This document shows, piece by piece, positions 1-10,500 of a stretch of 64,000 nt of DNA. This DNA is from Oscillospiraceae bacterium (GTDB lineage Bacteria; Bacillota; Clostridia; Oscillospirales; Oscillospiraceae). Position 1 is the first letter of the stretch, and each line of letters opens with the position of its first letter. The position numbers were made by a program, and so were the translations under genes. The notes beneath the pieces are model-generated. The model did not search any database and had not been told where the DNA came from. It was given only the letters and a program-made list of their open reading frames with translations. The stretch lies in NCBI GenBank assembly GCA_015067835.1, contig SVLS01000006.1, forward strand, positions 949-64,948, given 5' to 3'.

Positions 1-4
1 ATTT

Positions 5-37
5 TCGCCCCGGGCTTGACATCCGGGGCGACTTTTT
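5..37 (+). terminator. Intrinsic-terminator-like hairpin closing the unit upstream of the window
   Basis: tcgccccgg (5-13) is the exact reverse complement of ccggggcga (23-31), with a 9-nt loop, followed by ttttt at 33-37. Confidence 0.55.
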
Positions 38-44
38 GTATAAT
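16..44 (+). promoter_or_regulatory. Sigma-A-type promoter for the AbrB-family gene
   Basis: TTGACA 16-21, 17-nt spacer, TATAAT 39-44; the -35 lies in the loop of the preceding hairpin. Confidence 0.6.
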
Positions 45-87
45 TCCTTTGTGTGAAAAGTATGAAAAATGTGAAAGGAGAGCACTT

Positions 88-327
88 GTGGCAGGCGGAA
101 AACATATTTTAGGAAAGTCCAATGCCCGTCGGGTATTTGGTACGGCCAAGGTGGGCGACCGCGGACAAATTGTCATCCCCAAGGAAGCAAGGGAATTGTT
201 TGGAATTCAGCCCGGTGATACCCTTTTGATTGTTGGCGAAACGGAGACCGGATTGATTGTTTCCCGGCCAGAGGCACTGAACGATTTGGCAGATAAAATT
301 TTGAATAATATTAGCAAAGAGGATTGA
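88..327 (+). CDS. AbrB/SpoVT-family DNA-binding protein (small, N-terminal domain only)
   Basis: SpoVT-AbrB signature VGDRGQIVIPKEARELFGIQPGD. GTG at 88 is in frame with the 16..327 ORF and sits 5 nt after SD aaaggagag; the longer ORF start lies inside the promoter. Confidence 0.8.
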   Translation: MAGGKHILGKSNARRVFGTAKVGDRGQIVIPKEARELFGIQPGDTLLIVGETETGLIVSRPEALNDLADKILNNISKED

Positions 328-330
328 GTT

Positions 331-1614
331 ATGGAGGAATTGTTGGAGCTTTACAGCGTCATGGGCGTGAGCCCCGCTGTTTACCAATACGGAGAAGAGG
401 CGCTGAAGCGGCTGGAGTCAAGATTTTCAGAAATTGATAAAATTGCGGAGTACAATCAGGCGAAGGTTCTGGCGGCTATGCAGAAAAATCACGTTTCTGC
501 CGCCTGTTTTGCCGCAACCACCGGCTACGGCTACGATGATATGGGCCGTGATAATCTGGAACGGGTTTATGCAGACGTGTTCCATACGGAGTCGGCTCTG
601 GTTCGTCCGCAAATTACCTGCGGCACCCACGCGTTGACGGTTGCACTGTCGGCAAACCTTTTGCCCGGTGATGAGCTGCTTTCGCCGGTTGGCTTGCCCT
701 ATGACACACTGCAGGAGGTAATTGGCATTCGCCCCAGTCCCTGCAGTCTGGCTGAATACGGAGTCAGCTATCGGCAGGTAGATTTGCTGGAGGATGGCTC
801 TTTTGATTATGAAGGCATTCGCAGCGCAATCAACGAAAAAACCAAGCTGATTACCATACAGCGATCCAAGGGTTATGCCACACGTCCCACATTTTCTGTG
901 ACACAGATTGGCGAGTTGATTGCTTTTTGTAAGAAGATCAAACCGGATGTTCTGGTGATGGTGGACAACTGCTACGGGGAATTTGTGGAAACCATCGAGC
1001 CCTCTGATGTGGGCGCAGATATGACGGTGGGTTCGCTTATCAAGAATCCCGGCGGCGGTTTAGCCCCCATCGGCGGTTATATCGCCGGCACAAAGGCGTG
1101 CATTGACCGCTGTGGCTATCGTCTGTCTGCTCCGGGCCTGGGGCAGGAGGTCGGCGCAAACCTAGGCTTAATGCCGGCGTTGTACCAAGGCTTTTTCCTG
1201 GCACCGACTGTGGTGGCAGGCGCAGAAAAGGGTGCGATTTTTGCCGCAAATCTTTATGAGCCTCTGGGCTTCCCGTGTTTCCCCAACGCCACTGAAAACC
1301 GGCACGACATTATTCAGGCGGTGGAATTGGGCAGCGAGGCTGCAATGGTTGCTTTTTGTAAGGGCATTCAGGCAGCTGCACCGGTGGATTCCTTTGCCAG
1401 CCCCATACCCGGGGATATGCCGGGCTATGACAGTCAGGTGATCATGGCAGCCGGTGCCTTTGTCCAGGGTTCTTCCATTGAACTTTCTGCCGACGGACCG
1501 ATTCGTCCGCCTTATGCGGTATATTTTCAGGGTGGCTTGACCTGGTATCATGCAAAATTGGGTATTTTGATGAGCCTGCAAAAAATGATTGATGCAGATT
1601 TGATTCAGCTATAA
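331..1614 (+). CDS. Methionine gamma-lyase-family PLP protein (YnbB / aluminium-resistance family)
   Basis: 427-aa ORF whose N-terminal region (AACFAATTGYGYDDMGRDNLERVYADVF...CGTHAL) I recognise as the YnbB-type family. Confidence 0.8.
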   Translation: MEELLELYSVMGVSPAVYQYGEEALKRLESRFSEIDKIAEYNQAKVLAAMQKNHVSAACFAATTGYGYDDMGRDNLERVYADVFHTESALVRPQITCGTHALTVALSANLLPGDELLSPVGLPYDTLQEVIGIRPSPCSLAEYGVSYRQVDLLEDGSFDYEGIRSAINEKTKLITIQRSKGYATRPTFSVTQIGELIAFCKKIKPDVLVMVDNCYGEFVETIEPSDVGADMTVGSLIKNPGGGLAPIGGYIAGTKACIDRCGYRLSAPGLGQEVGANLGLMPALYQGFFLAPTVVAGAEKGAIFAANLYEPLGFPCFPNATENRHDIIQAVELGSEAAMVAFCKGIQAAAPVDSFASPIPGDMPGYDSQVIMAAGAFVQGSSIELSADGPIRPPYAVYFQGGLTWYHAKLGILMSLQKMIDADLIQL

Positions 1615-1632
1615 ATAGAAAGAAGGATTATA

Positions 1633-2565
1633 ATGTCTTGGTTGTTCTTTTCCATCGCAACTGCCATTTTGTGGGGCGCTGCAGAGCTGTTTTATAAAAA
1701 GGGCGCTCTTCCCAATGAAAAGTATTCACATTTAAAGATCTGTGTCTGTGTGGGTGCCGTGATGGGACTTCACGCTATCTTCACACTGCTGACACAGGAT
1801 ATCAACTACAACCCCATCAATATCATCCGTTACCTTCCTGTTTCACTGTTTTACATTATCTCTATGGCATTTTCCTACTTCGGTATGCGCTTCCTGGAGG
1901 AATCGATTTCTGATCCCATTGAGAACACGGCCGGTGTTATTTGTACGCTTCTGTTTGTCATTTTCCTGCAGGAAGAGATTTCCTGGTTGACCTGGGTGGC
2001 TATTGCGGTCATTACTGTTGGCGTTTTGGGCGTTAGCTTTCTGGAAAATAAAGGTGAAACAACAAGAAAGAAAAAGCTGGGTAAGGCTTTGGCCGTGGCT
2101 GCCTTCTGTATGCCCTTTGTATATGCATTGTTGGATGCATTCGGCACATTCCTGGATGATGCTTTCTTTCTGATTGAAGATGTTGCGAATTCCCCCTTGG
2201 TGGATGTTACCCCTGACACCATTGAGGATGTAGCCAATACCAGCTATGAGCTGACTTTTGCTCTGTTTGCACTGGGTCTGTTTATTTTTATGAAGGCCAA
2301 GAAGGTCAAGTTTGGCCCCATTCCTCAGCACAAGGACAAGATTCTCGCCGCTGTGTTTGAAACCGCCGGTCAGTTCACCTATGTATACGCACTCGGCGGA
2401 GTAGACGCTGTTGCTGCCCCCATTCTTTCCTCTGTTTGCGTGATCTCCTTGCTGCTTTCCAGAATCTTCCTGAAAGAAAAGCTTTCTTGGAAGACTTACG
2501 CATTCATTGCTGTCGTGATCATCGGTATCCTTTTGTTGGCAGTGAGCGAAGAAGTTCAAATCTAA
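1633..2565 (+). CDS. DMT/EamA-type integral membrane transporter
   Basis: 310-aa ORF made of repeated hydrophobic helices in two halves, typical of drug/metabolite transporters. Confidence 0.7.
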   Translation: MSWLFFSIATAILWGAAELFYKKGALPNEKYSHLKICVCVGAVMGLHAIFTLLTQDINYNPINIIRYLPVSLFYIISMAFSYFGMRFLEESISDPIENTAGVICTLLFVIFLQEEISWLTWVAIAVITVGVLGVSFLENKGETTRKKKLGKALAVAAFCMPFVYALLDAFGTFLDDAFFLIEDVANSPLVDVTPDTIEDVANTSYELTFALFALGLFIFMKAKKVKFGPIPQHKDKILAAVFETAGQFTYVYALGGVDAVAAPILSSVCVISLLLSRIFLKEKLSWKTYAFIAVVIIGILLLAVSEEVQI

Positions 2566-2592
2566 CTATGGGCATATACGATATGTAATCGA

Positions 2593-2623
2593 AAGTCGCC
2601 GGTTCACCGGCGACTTCTTTTTA
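2593..2623 (+). terminator. Rho-independent terminator after the DMT transporter gene
   Basis: aagtcgccgg (2593-2602) / ccggcgactt (2607-2616), loop ttca, then cttttt. Confidence 0.75.
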
Positions 2624-2720
2624 TCGAATAATGGGGCAAATTTCACATTGACAGTTGTAAAATCACCGGGAATGATATATAATACACTAGATATAGAATT
2701 TATATATTGGAGTTGTAGCT

Positions 2721-4082
2721 GTGATGGAGCATAATACTTTAGAGCTTCAAGAATACATAAAGCCCGGTAATCGCGTACACCTGATTGGCATTGGCGGCGT
2801 TTCCATGCGCCCGCTGGGATTGGTGCTGCAGGGGATGGGGTTAATTGTTTCCGGCTCGGATATGAATTCGTCTGTTTCTACCGACGAGCTGATTGCGAAG
2901 GGAATTCGTGTAGAAATTGGCCATCGGGCGGAGAATATTGTGGGTGCAAAATGTGTCATCCGCACCGCTGCTGTACATAATGACAATCCTGAAATTGCGG
3001 CAGCCCGTGCAGCCGGTATTCCTGTGTTTGAACGGGCGCAGGCTTGGGGTATCATTATGAGAGCCTACCGTAATGCTGTTTGCATTTCCGGTACCCACGG
3101 AAAAACAACGACTACCTCTATGGTAGCGCACATTTTGATGGCGGCTCAGATGGATCCGACGGTAATGATTGGCGGTTATTTGCCCTTGCTTCAGGCAGGA
3201 CACCGGGTCGGCTCCGGAGACACGATTTTGTTGGAAAGCTGTGAATACTGCGATTCGTTTTTGAATTTCTTCCCCAGCTTGGCTGTGATTCTTAATATTG
3301 AAGCAGACCATTTGGATTACTTTAAGGATTTGGCGGATGTGCAGAAGTCTTTCCGTGCCTTCGCTCAATTATCCAGCGGCGGTGTGCTTGCCAACGGCGA
3401 CGATGCCAATACGATGCAGGCGCTTGAAGGTCTGGAGGCGGTCACTTTTGGCTTTGGGGGAAACAACCGTATCTGCGGTGTGAATCCCTCGGAAGACTGG
3501 AGAAGCTTTGATGTGGTTTGCGATGGGCAGACATACTGCCACCTGCAGCTGAGCGTATACGGTCGCCATAATGCTCTCAATGCCCTTGCGGCGGCTGCCG
3601 TTGCCTGGACGATGAAAATTCCAAGTGAGGTAGTGGAAGAGGGACTGGCGTCTTTCCGTGGCGCCGGACGCCGTATGGAGTTCAAGGGAAAGTTTGGCGG
3701 TGCAGATATTTACGACGATTATGCGCACCATCCCGGTGAGTTGTCAGCGACCATTGATGCGGTACGGGCAATGGGCTACCAGCGTATGATTGTGGCTTTT
3801 CAGCCCCATACTTATACCCGCACCAAGGCGCTGTTTGATGATTTTGTTCAGCAGCTGAAGCGTCCGGATGTTGTGGTTCTGGCTGAAATCTATGCTGCCA
3901 GAGAACGCAATACGGTGGGGATTTCTTCCCGGGATTTGCTGGCGAAGCTTCCCGGCGGTTATTACTGCGAAACCTTGCCGGAAGTGACGCAAAAGCTCAA
4001 GGAATTGGCGCAGCCGGGTGATATTATTCTGACGGTTGGCGCTGGCGATATTTATCGTGCCGGCGAAGCGATGCTGAAATAA
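2721..4082 (+). CDS. murC: UDP-N-acetylmuramate--L-alanine ligase
   Basis: IGIGGVSM Rossmann start, GTHGKTTTTSM P-loop, Mur ligase C-terminal domain; 453 aa. Confidence 0.95.
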   Translation: MMEHNTLELQEYIKPGNRVHLIGIGGVSMRPLGLVLQGMGLIVSGSDMNSSVSTDELIAKGIRVEIGHRAENIVGAKCVIRTAAVHNDNPEIAAARAAGIPVFERAQAWGIIMRAYRNAVCISGTHGKTTTTSMVAHILMAAQMDPTVMIGGYLPLLQAGHRVGSGDTILLESCEYCDSFLNFFPSLAVILNIEADHLDYFKDLADVQKSFRAFAQLSSGGVLANGDDANTMQALEGLEAVTFGFGGNNRICGVNPSEDWRSFDVVCDGQTYCHLQLSVYGRHNALNALAAAAVAWTMKIPSEVVEEGLASFRGAGRRMEFKGKFGGADIYDDYAHHPGELSATIDAVRAMGYQRMIVAFQPHTYTRTKALFDDFVQQLKRPDVVVLAEIYAARERNTVGISSRDLLAKLPGGYYCETLPEVTQKLKELAQPGDIILTVGAGDIYRAGEAMLK

Positions 4083-4130
4083 AATGCATACGGAATCTCA
4101 AAACAACTGATTCGGTAAGAAAACGAGGCG

Positions 4131-5207
4131 ATGATTGTGAAGAAAATAAGTGTTTGCGTTCTGTTCGGCGGCATTAGCCCGGAGCATGAGGTGTCCTTGC
4201 GTTCTGCGGAATTTGTGCTGAACAGCCTGAACCCGGAAAAGTACAACATTTTCCCTGTGGGCATTACCAAAAACGGAGATTGGATTCTCTATGGCGGTAC
4301 AGATTATTCGTTGCTTCCCTCCGGGGAGTGGAAGGATTTCCCTGATAATCGTCGGGCGGCGATTTCTCCCGTTCGCGGACAGGGGCTGCTCAGCTTTGAG
4401 GGCGACTGTGTGGTACGGGAATGGATTGATGTGGTTTTTCCGGTTCTCCACGGTGAAAATGGGGAAGACGGAGCAATGCAGGGCCTTTTGCAGCTGGCGG
4501 GTATTCCTTATGTCGGACCTCACGTGTCTGCTTCTGCGGTAGCGATGGATAAGACCCTGACCAAATTGGTGGTAGATAAGGCCGGTGTCCGTCAGGCAGA
4601 CTGGATGTTGGTAAACAATTCAGATATTGATTTGCGTCTGGACTGGGTAATGGATCAGGTTGAAAAGAAGTTCCAATATCCTGTGTTTGTCAAGCCGGCA
4701 GGAACAGGATCTTCTGTGGGTGTGTCTAAGGCTGCAAACCGTGAGGCGCTGAGAGATGCCCTCTTGAAGGCCGGCACGTATGACAGCAAGATTTTGGTGG
4801 AGGAATTCATCAACGGCCGTGAAATTGAAGTTGCGGTGATGGGCAATGCAAGCCCCGTAGCTTCCATTTGCGGCGAAATCGATTCCGGCGCTGAATTCTA
4901 CGATTACGACGCTAAGTATGTAACGGATACTTCCGTTGCCTACATTCCTGCCCGTATTTCTGAAGAAGCAGCGGAGCAGGTGCGGGATGCAGCGGTGCGG
5001 ATTTACACCGCCATCGGTTGCCAGGGCTTGAGCCGCGTGGATTTCTTTGTAACCTATGAAGGGGACGAGATTATCTTTAACGAGATCAATTCCATTCCCG
5101 GTTTTACTTCCATCTCGATGTATCCCAAGCTGTTTGCTGCCAGCGGCATCCCGGCGGAGGAGCTGGTGGAGCAGCTGCTCAATCTGGCGATGGAGGCAAA
5201 TAAGTGA
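4131..5207 (+). CDS. ddl: D-alanine--D-alanine ligase
   Basis: VLFGGISPEHEVSLRSA and HGENGEDGAMQGLL motifs plus an ATP-grasp C-terminus. Alternative GTG start at 4137 has better SD spacing (gagg, 8 nt). Confidence 0.95.
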   Translation: MIVKKISVCVLFGGISPEHEVSLRSAEFVLNSLNPEKYNIFPVGITKNGDWILYGGTDYSLLPSGEWKDFPDNRRAAISPVRGQGLLSFEGDCVVREWIDVVFPVLHGENGEDGAMQGLLQLAGIPYVGPHVSASAVAMDKTLTKLVVDKAGVRQADWMLVNNSDIDLRLDWVMDQVEKKFQYPVFVKPAGTGSSVGVSKAANREALRDALLKAGTYDSKILVEEFINGREIEVAVMGNASPVASICGEIDSGAEFYDYDAKYVTDTSVAYIPARISEEAAEQVRDAAVRIYTAIGCQGLSRVDFFVTYEGDEIIFNEINSIPGFTSISMYPKLFAASGIPAEELVEQLLNLAMEANK

Positions 5208-5629
5208 AGCAGAAGGTGATGCTGTCCATTACCGGCAAGCAGTCCTACCAGGGGCAGGAGCCGGATGCAATGGAGCTGGTAACGGAAGGTACAATGGAGT
5301 TCGCGGACGGCGGATGGAACATTGCTTATCAGGAAAGCGATCTGACAGGCCTGGGAGGCGTTACAACCACTTTCCGCGTTGAGCCGGATAAAGTGACTCT
5401 GAAAAGAACAGGCGCCCTGCGCTCCACGATGGAGTTCCAGATGGGCAAGGCGGATGAGAGCCTGTATCAGATGGAATTTGGTGCGCTTATGATTGTCGTG
5501 ACAACGAAGCACCTGTTTTACGATATTACGCCAGAGGGCGGCTGTATCGATTTGGTATACGAGATCGAAATTGAAAAGGCCGAGGTTGGCATTGTAGATT
5601 ATCATTTGGACATCCGAACGATTGCATAA
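5204..5629 (+). CDS. DUF1934 (YwiB-like) beta-barrel protein
   Basis: 141-aa ORF. GTG overlaps the ddl stop and follows SD ggagg by 7 nt; the sequence pattern matches the DUF1934 family as I recall it. Confidence 0.7.
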   Translation: MKQKVMLSITGKQSYQGQEPDAMELVTEGTMEFADGGWNIAYQESDLTGLGGVTTTFRVEPDKVTLKRTGALRSTMEFQMGKADESLYQMEFGALMIVVTTKHLFYDITPEGGCIDLVYEIEIEKAEVGIVDYHLDIRTIA

Positions 5630-5632
5630 AAT

Positions 5633-5668
5633 AAAAACTGTTGCAAGTATTCCTTGCAACAGTTTTTT
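5633..5668. terminator. Bidirectional terminator between the convergent DUF1934 and VanW genes
   Basis: aaaaactgttgcaag (5633-5647) / cttgcaacagttttt (5653-5667), 5-nt loop, with A-run on one side and T-run on the other. Confidence 0.8.
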
Positions 5669-5680
5669 GCATTTATGTAC

Positions 5681-7375
5681 TCATTCCGTCGGAGAGACAA
5701 TGTTAACCACAACCTTATCCCTGGGTTCATAGGTGATAATACCGGCAAGGAAGTGATTTTGCAGCAATCCGGTTTGTTTGTCGTAATTGTAGCGGTACAG
5801 CTCGACAGTATAGCCCAGCATAGGCGCAACCAGCTGCTCACCGTCTGTATGACCGCCAGGGTTGTCCGGAAGCATATTGTTGTAAAGTGTTCCGGGTTGA
5901 ATAGGTGTGGAGATGTCGTCCAGACGGACCTGATAGGTGCGGTCATCCGTACCTGTAATGGCGATTCTTATGATGTTATTTTCCACCGTGGCGGTGATGC
6001 GGATAGGTTCAGAACGGGAATTGCGGAAGGAGAAATCTGCCGTTCCGTTATGGACATAGGCATCCCGGCCAATTTCGATAAAGGTGGGGGCGTAGGTGTG
6101 AGCATGATGCTCCAAAACTTGCAGCTCCGCTTCCAAAACGCAGGTGTACAGCACACTTGCTACGTGTGTTACACCACCGCCCATAGTCAACACTTGGTTT
6201 CTGCCGATGTAGGTCAATGCCTCCAGATAACCGGCTTCAGCGGTCAGCTCACCCAGCAGCTGATTAAAGGAGAAGGTATCTCCGGACTTGATAATCACAC
6301 CGTTGAGCTTGTTGCAGGCCTGAAGAACGTTGTTGTTCCAAGCCTCGTCAATGCCCAGTGCAGAAGTGGAGTCTCCCATTGTATCCTTAAACAGGTTACC
6401 GGAAATCAAATCCTCTGTCAAATTAGGCGTTATGTAGCAAAGGGGAATGTTCAGAGTTGTTCCGTATGGAGTATTGGCAATTTTCTCCTTCAGCTGGTCG
6501 AGATTAAAGCCATAGCCATAAATCTCCGGCGTGACCTCATAAGTGACGGGGTCAATTTGCGCATCTACCGGTTCTTTGCAGTTTTCAAGATAGATGGTCA
6601 TCAATTCTTCCTCCAGGGAGTCAGGCGCAACAACGGAGCAAGCACCAATAACCTGGAAGATGTTGATATTGTAGTACTCCAAAACCTGTTCATACAGCTT
6701 ATCAGGGTCCAGACCGTATTCCGCAGTGCCTACATAAATGTGCAATGTCTGGTGGGTGACACTTGTATCCGGCTTCGGAACGTCCATGGGGGGCTTTGTG
6801 CCAGTCAAGGTAACAGTCGGCTGAGTTAAGGTGCTGCTGAACTGGCTTCCCAGCTTGTCGATTTCATTGCGGATATATGCGGTATTCAGGTTCAAATAAG
6901 GGGTAATGGGAATATTGACAGAATTGATCTGGGCATCCTTTTTTGCTTGCTCTCGTTCAGAGCGGCTGCCGGTGCGGCCATAATTGTATGCAGCTTCTAC
7001 GACAGCCGCGATATCCAGCCTTGCTCCGGTTTTAGAAGGAGGCAAAGTTACCTGAGAATCCAATACAGTAACCGTCATATCCAATTTCGTGTAGGTATCG
7101 GCAGTTGCCTCTTCCAGAGCATCGGTTGCTTCTTCCGGTGTCATTCCTCCCAGATTGACGCCGGCGGCATACACACCCTTAAGAATCAGTCCATCATCCT
7201 GCGCGGAAGAGGGGGGATTGATCAGAAAAATGATGGCAACGATAACCAATATAGCAGCCACAGAACCCAACGAGATCAAAGTGATTTTTTCTTTCCGATT
7301 CAGATACCAACGGCGCTTCTTTCTCCGAGCCGGGTTTGCTCGCACCGGAGTTTGCGCACCATCCTCCAACCGCAC
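5681..7375 (-). CDS. VanW-family protein with N-terminal membrane anchor
   Basis: Basic N-terminus plus one TM (ITLISLGSVAAILVIVAIIFL), and a VanW-type C-terminal domain (IKSGDTFSFNQLLGE...). Start uncertain, see finding on 7447. Confidence 0.85.
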   Translation of the reverse strand: MRLEDGAQTPVRANPARRKKRRWYLNRKEKITLISLGSVAAILVIVAIIFLINPPSSAQDDGLILKGVYAAGVNLGGMTPEEATDALEEATADTYTKLDMTVTVLDSQVTLPPSKTGARLDIAAVVEAAYNYGRTGSRSEREQAKKDAQINSVNIPITPYLNLNTAYIRNEIDKLGSQFSSTLTQPTVTLTGTKPPMDVPKPDTSVTHQTLHIYVGTAEYGLDPDKLYEQVLEYYNINIFQVIGACSVVAPDSLEEELMTIYLENCKEPVDAQIDPVTYEVTPEIYGYGFNLDQLKEKIANTPYGTTLNIPLCYITPNLTEDLISGNLFKDTMGDSTSALGIDEAWNNNVLQACNKLNGVIIKSGDTFSFNQLLGELTAEAGYLEALTYIGRNQVLTMGGGVTHVASVLYTCVLEAELQVLEHHAHTYAPTFIEIGRDAYVHNGTADFSFRNSRSEPIRITATVENNIIRIAITGTDDRTYQVRLDDISTPIQPGTLYNNMLPDNPGGHTDGEQLVAPMLGYTVELYRYNYDKQTGLLQNHFLAGIITYEPRDKVVVNIVSPTE

Positions 7376-7508
7376 ACGCTGGGTTGCATCATTTATGGAA
7401 TTGCCCTCGCTGGTATTGCGAGAATTGTCAAAACGATGATCGCTAATGGTAAATCTCTCCTATCTATCAGCGGCAAATGCCGCGCACAATATGTATAACT
7501 ACAGGGTC

Positions 7509-7536
7509 ATTGTACCACATTTTACACAAATTGCAA
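7509..7536 (-). promoter_or_regulatory. Sigma-A-type promoter (extended -10) for the VanW gene
   Basis: On the minus strand: TTGCAA (7531-7536), 16-nt spacer, TGgTACAAT (-10 at 7509-7514). Confidence 0.5.
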
Positions 7537-7582
7537 TGTCATTTCGTTACCAATGGATGAAAATACTGTAAATAATTGATAA

Positions 7583-10500
7583 TCAGGTGCTTTGACAGAG
7601 GCTGCGGTATTTTTCCAGGAAAACCTTGGTTTGCCGCAGACTGTCCACGCCGGCGCTCAGCTTCAATCGCAGCGTTGGCTGTTTAGCGGTGGCAATCAGC
7701 TGGAGGCGCTTGGCATAATCCTTGTCGCTGCAAATACGGCTGATTGCATCAAAGTTCAGTTCCGTCATCGTGATCCAAACCTCACCGGCTTTTTGACGAA
7801 TATCGGAAATATGCACCTTTTGTGCTTGCGCCCGAAGCAGAGCAATGTCGATCAAATTCAAAACGCCCTTGGGCGGATCGCCATAGCGGTCTATGATTTC
7901 ATCCAGCAAATCATCCGCATCTTCCTGGGTGCGAATGGCTGCCATCCGGCGGTACAAATCCATCCGTTCTTCGCCTCTGGATACATAATCCTGGCTGACA
8001 TTTGCGGTGACATTCAAATCTGCGGTGCAGTCCGGCTCTTTTGGCTTTTCGCCTTTTTCTTCCAAAACAGCTTCGTCCAGCAGCTTTAAGTACATATCAT
8101 AGCCGACACTCATCATGTGACCGGATTGCTCAGCTCCCAGGAGATTTCCTGCACCACGGATTTCCAAATCCCGCATTGCAATTTTGAAGCCGGAGCCGAA
8201 TTCTGCAAAGTCCCGAATGGCTGAAAGGCGCTTTTGCGCCACTTCGGTGATGTTTTTGTCCGGTCGATAGGTAAAGTAAGCGTAGGCGTGTCGAGTGGAG
8301 CGGCCAACGCGTCCCCGCAGCTGATGCAGCTGCGACAGTCCGAACCGGTCCGCATTTTCAATTATGAGCGTGTTGGCATTGGGGATATCCAGACCGGTTT
8401 CGATGATTGTGGTGCATACCAAAACCTGAATTTCTCCGTCGGCCATTGCCTGCATGACATCGCCAAGTGCATCTTCCCCCATTTGCCCATGAGCCACTGC
8501 AACGGAAAGACCGGGAATCCGTTTTTGCAGGGCACTGGCGCATCGGTCGATGGTTTCAACCCGATTGTGTAAATAGTAAACCTGCCCGCCTCTTTCCACT
8601 TCCCGGCGGATGGCATCGTCAATAATGGCGTTGTTGTGCTCCATCACGAAGGTTTGAACCGGATAACGGTCAGCGGGGGGTTCTTCAATGGTGGACATAT
8701 CCCGAATGCCGGAAAGAGCCATATTAAGGGTTCTGGGAATCGGCGTTGCAGAAAGGGTGAGTACATCCACACCCTTGGAAATTTCCTTCAGCCGTTCCTT
8801 GTGGCTAACACCGAAGCGCTGCTCCTCGTCAATAATCAGCAAGCCCAAATCCTTATATTCAATGCTTTTTTGCAGCAGCTTATGGGTGCCGATAATCAAA
8901 TCCACACCGCCGCTGCGTAAGTTTTGGATGGTTTTTTTCTGCTGGGCTGCCGTTCTGAAGCGGCTAAGCACATCAATGTTGACAGGAAATCCGCGAAAGC
9001 GGGCAATGGCGGTTTGATAATGCTGCTGCGCCAGCACCGTGGTGGGAACCAGAATCGCAACCTGCTTTCCGTCCATAATGGCCTTCATGACAGAGCGCAT
9101 TGCGACCTCTGTTTTGCCGAACCCCACATCGCCGCACAGCAAACGGTCCATTGGGGTTGGAGATTCCATATCCGCCTTGATATCTGCAATGCACCGCAGC
9201 TGGTCGTCTGTCTCTGGATAGGGGAAATTGTCCTCAAATTCCTGCTGCCAGGGAGAATCGGCAGAAAAGGCGTAACCTTCCTGGCGCTTTCTGGCGGCAT
9301 AAAGCTGAATCAGCTCGCCGGCCATATCCTTGGCGGCCTTTCGGGCCTTTGTTTTGGTTTTTTGCCAGGCATCAGAGCCGATTTTATTCAGGCGGACGTT
9401 GCCGTCTTCACCACCGGAGCCGATGTATTTGCTCACCAAATCCAACTGAGTGGCCGGCACAAAAAGGGTATCCGAGCCCTGATAGGCAATTTTGACATAA
9501 TCCTTAACAGCACCGTCTACCTTGATTTGCTCCATTGCAACAAAGCGGCCGATGCCGTAGTTTTCATGGACAACCAAATCGCCCGGGGTTAAATCTGTAA
9601 AGGAATTGAGCTTTTGACGATTGGTAGCGGATTTTTTGGGCTTCTTTTTAACAGCAGCTTTTCCGAGAAGCTGCCCTTCTGTCAGAACGGCCAGCTTGGC
9701 ACTGGGGTATTCCATACCAAAGGGCAGGGTGCCCTCCGTCAGCAGAATCTGCCCAGGTTGGGGAGCGGTGGTGAAGGGAATACACAAAAATGCGGAAAGA
9801 CCACGCTCCTGCAGCTGCTCCTGCAGCAGCTCTGCACGGCGGCGTGTGCCGCACAGAACAGCGGATGCAAAGCCCATTTTCTGATAATGGGACAAATCCG
9901 TTGCAGCAGTATCCAGACTGCCGCCATATCCAGGCAGCTGCTTGGCGGTCATGGGCAGCAAATGCTTGGGAGGATTTTCCTCCGGATAGGAGCTGCCGCC
10001 AAAGGAGTCAAGATACAGCAAGGTTTTGCCTGTCAGCTTGGCGCAAAAGTCTTCCCATTGCAGAGCGTAATCGCATAGCTCACCGGCCAGCAGTCCGCCC
10101 TGCAGCATCCCGTCAAGCTGCATTCCCAGCTCGTCCATCCGGTTGCGTGCGGTGCGTTTGAGAAGACTTTGGTCACACAGCACAAAGGTGGCATTGGAAG
10201 GGATATAATCCATTGCAGTCGCCATTTCCGGATATATCAGCGCCATATACCGGTCAGAAGCCGGATTCTGCACGCCGTTTTGATATTTTTCCAAATCCCG
10301 TTCCAGGGTTTTGATTAACTCCTCGTGGACATTCTTCCGCCGCTTTTGCCGCGCCAACAGACGCTCCAAGTCATTACAAAGACCGGCAAGTCCAAGATGA
10401 TGAAGCTTGGGCTGTGTTTCACTGACAGGCAGAATGGTGATAGCGGAAATATTCTCCGTTCTGCGTTGTGTTTCCGGGTCAAAGTAACCCATGGTATCCA

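Noticed and set aside
2648-2683. TTGACA followed by TATAAT upstream of murC
   Set aside because: The spacer to TATAAT is 24 nt, and the hexamer at the 17-nt position (aatgat) is poor. The promoter is probably nearby, but I cannot place it.
5654-6829. 391-aa ORF antisense to the VanW gene
   Set aside because: In-register shadow ORF (offset 27) with no recognisable domain.
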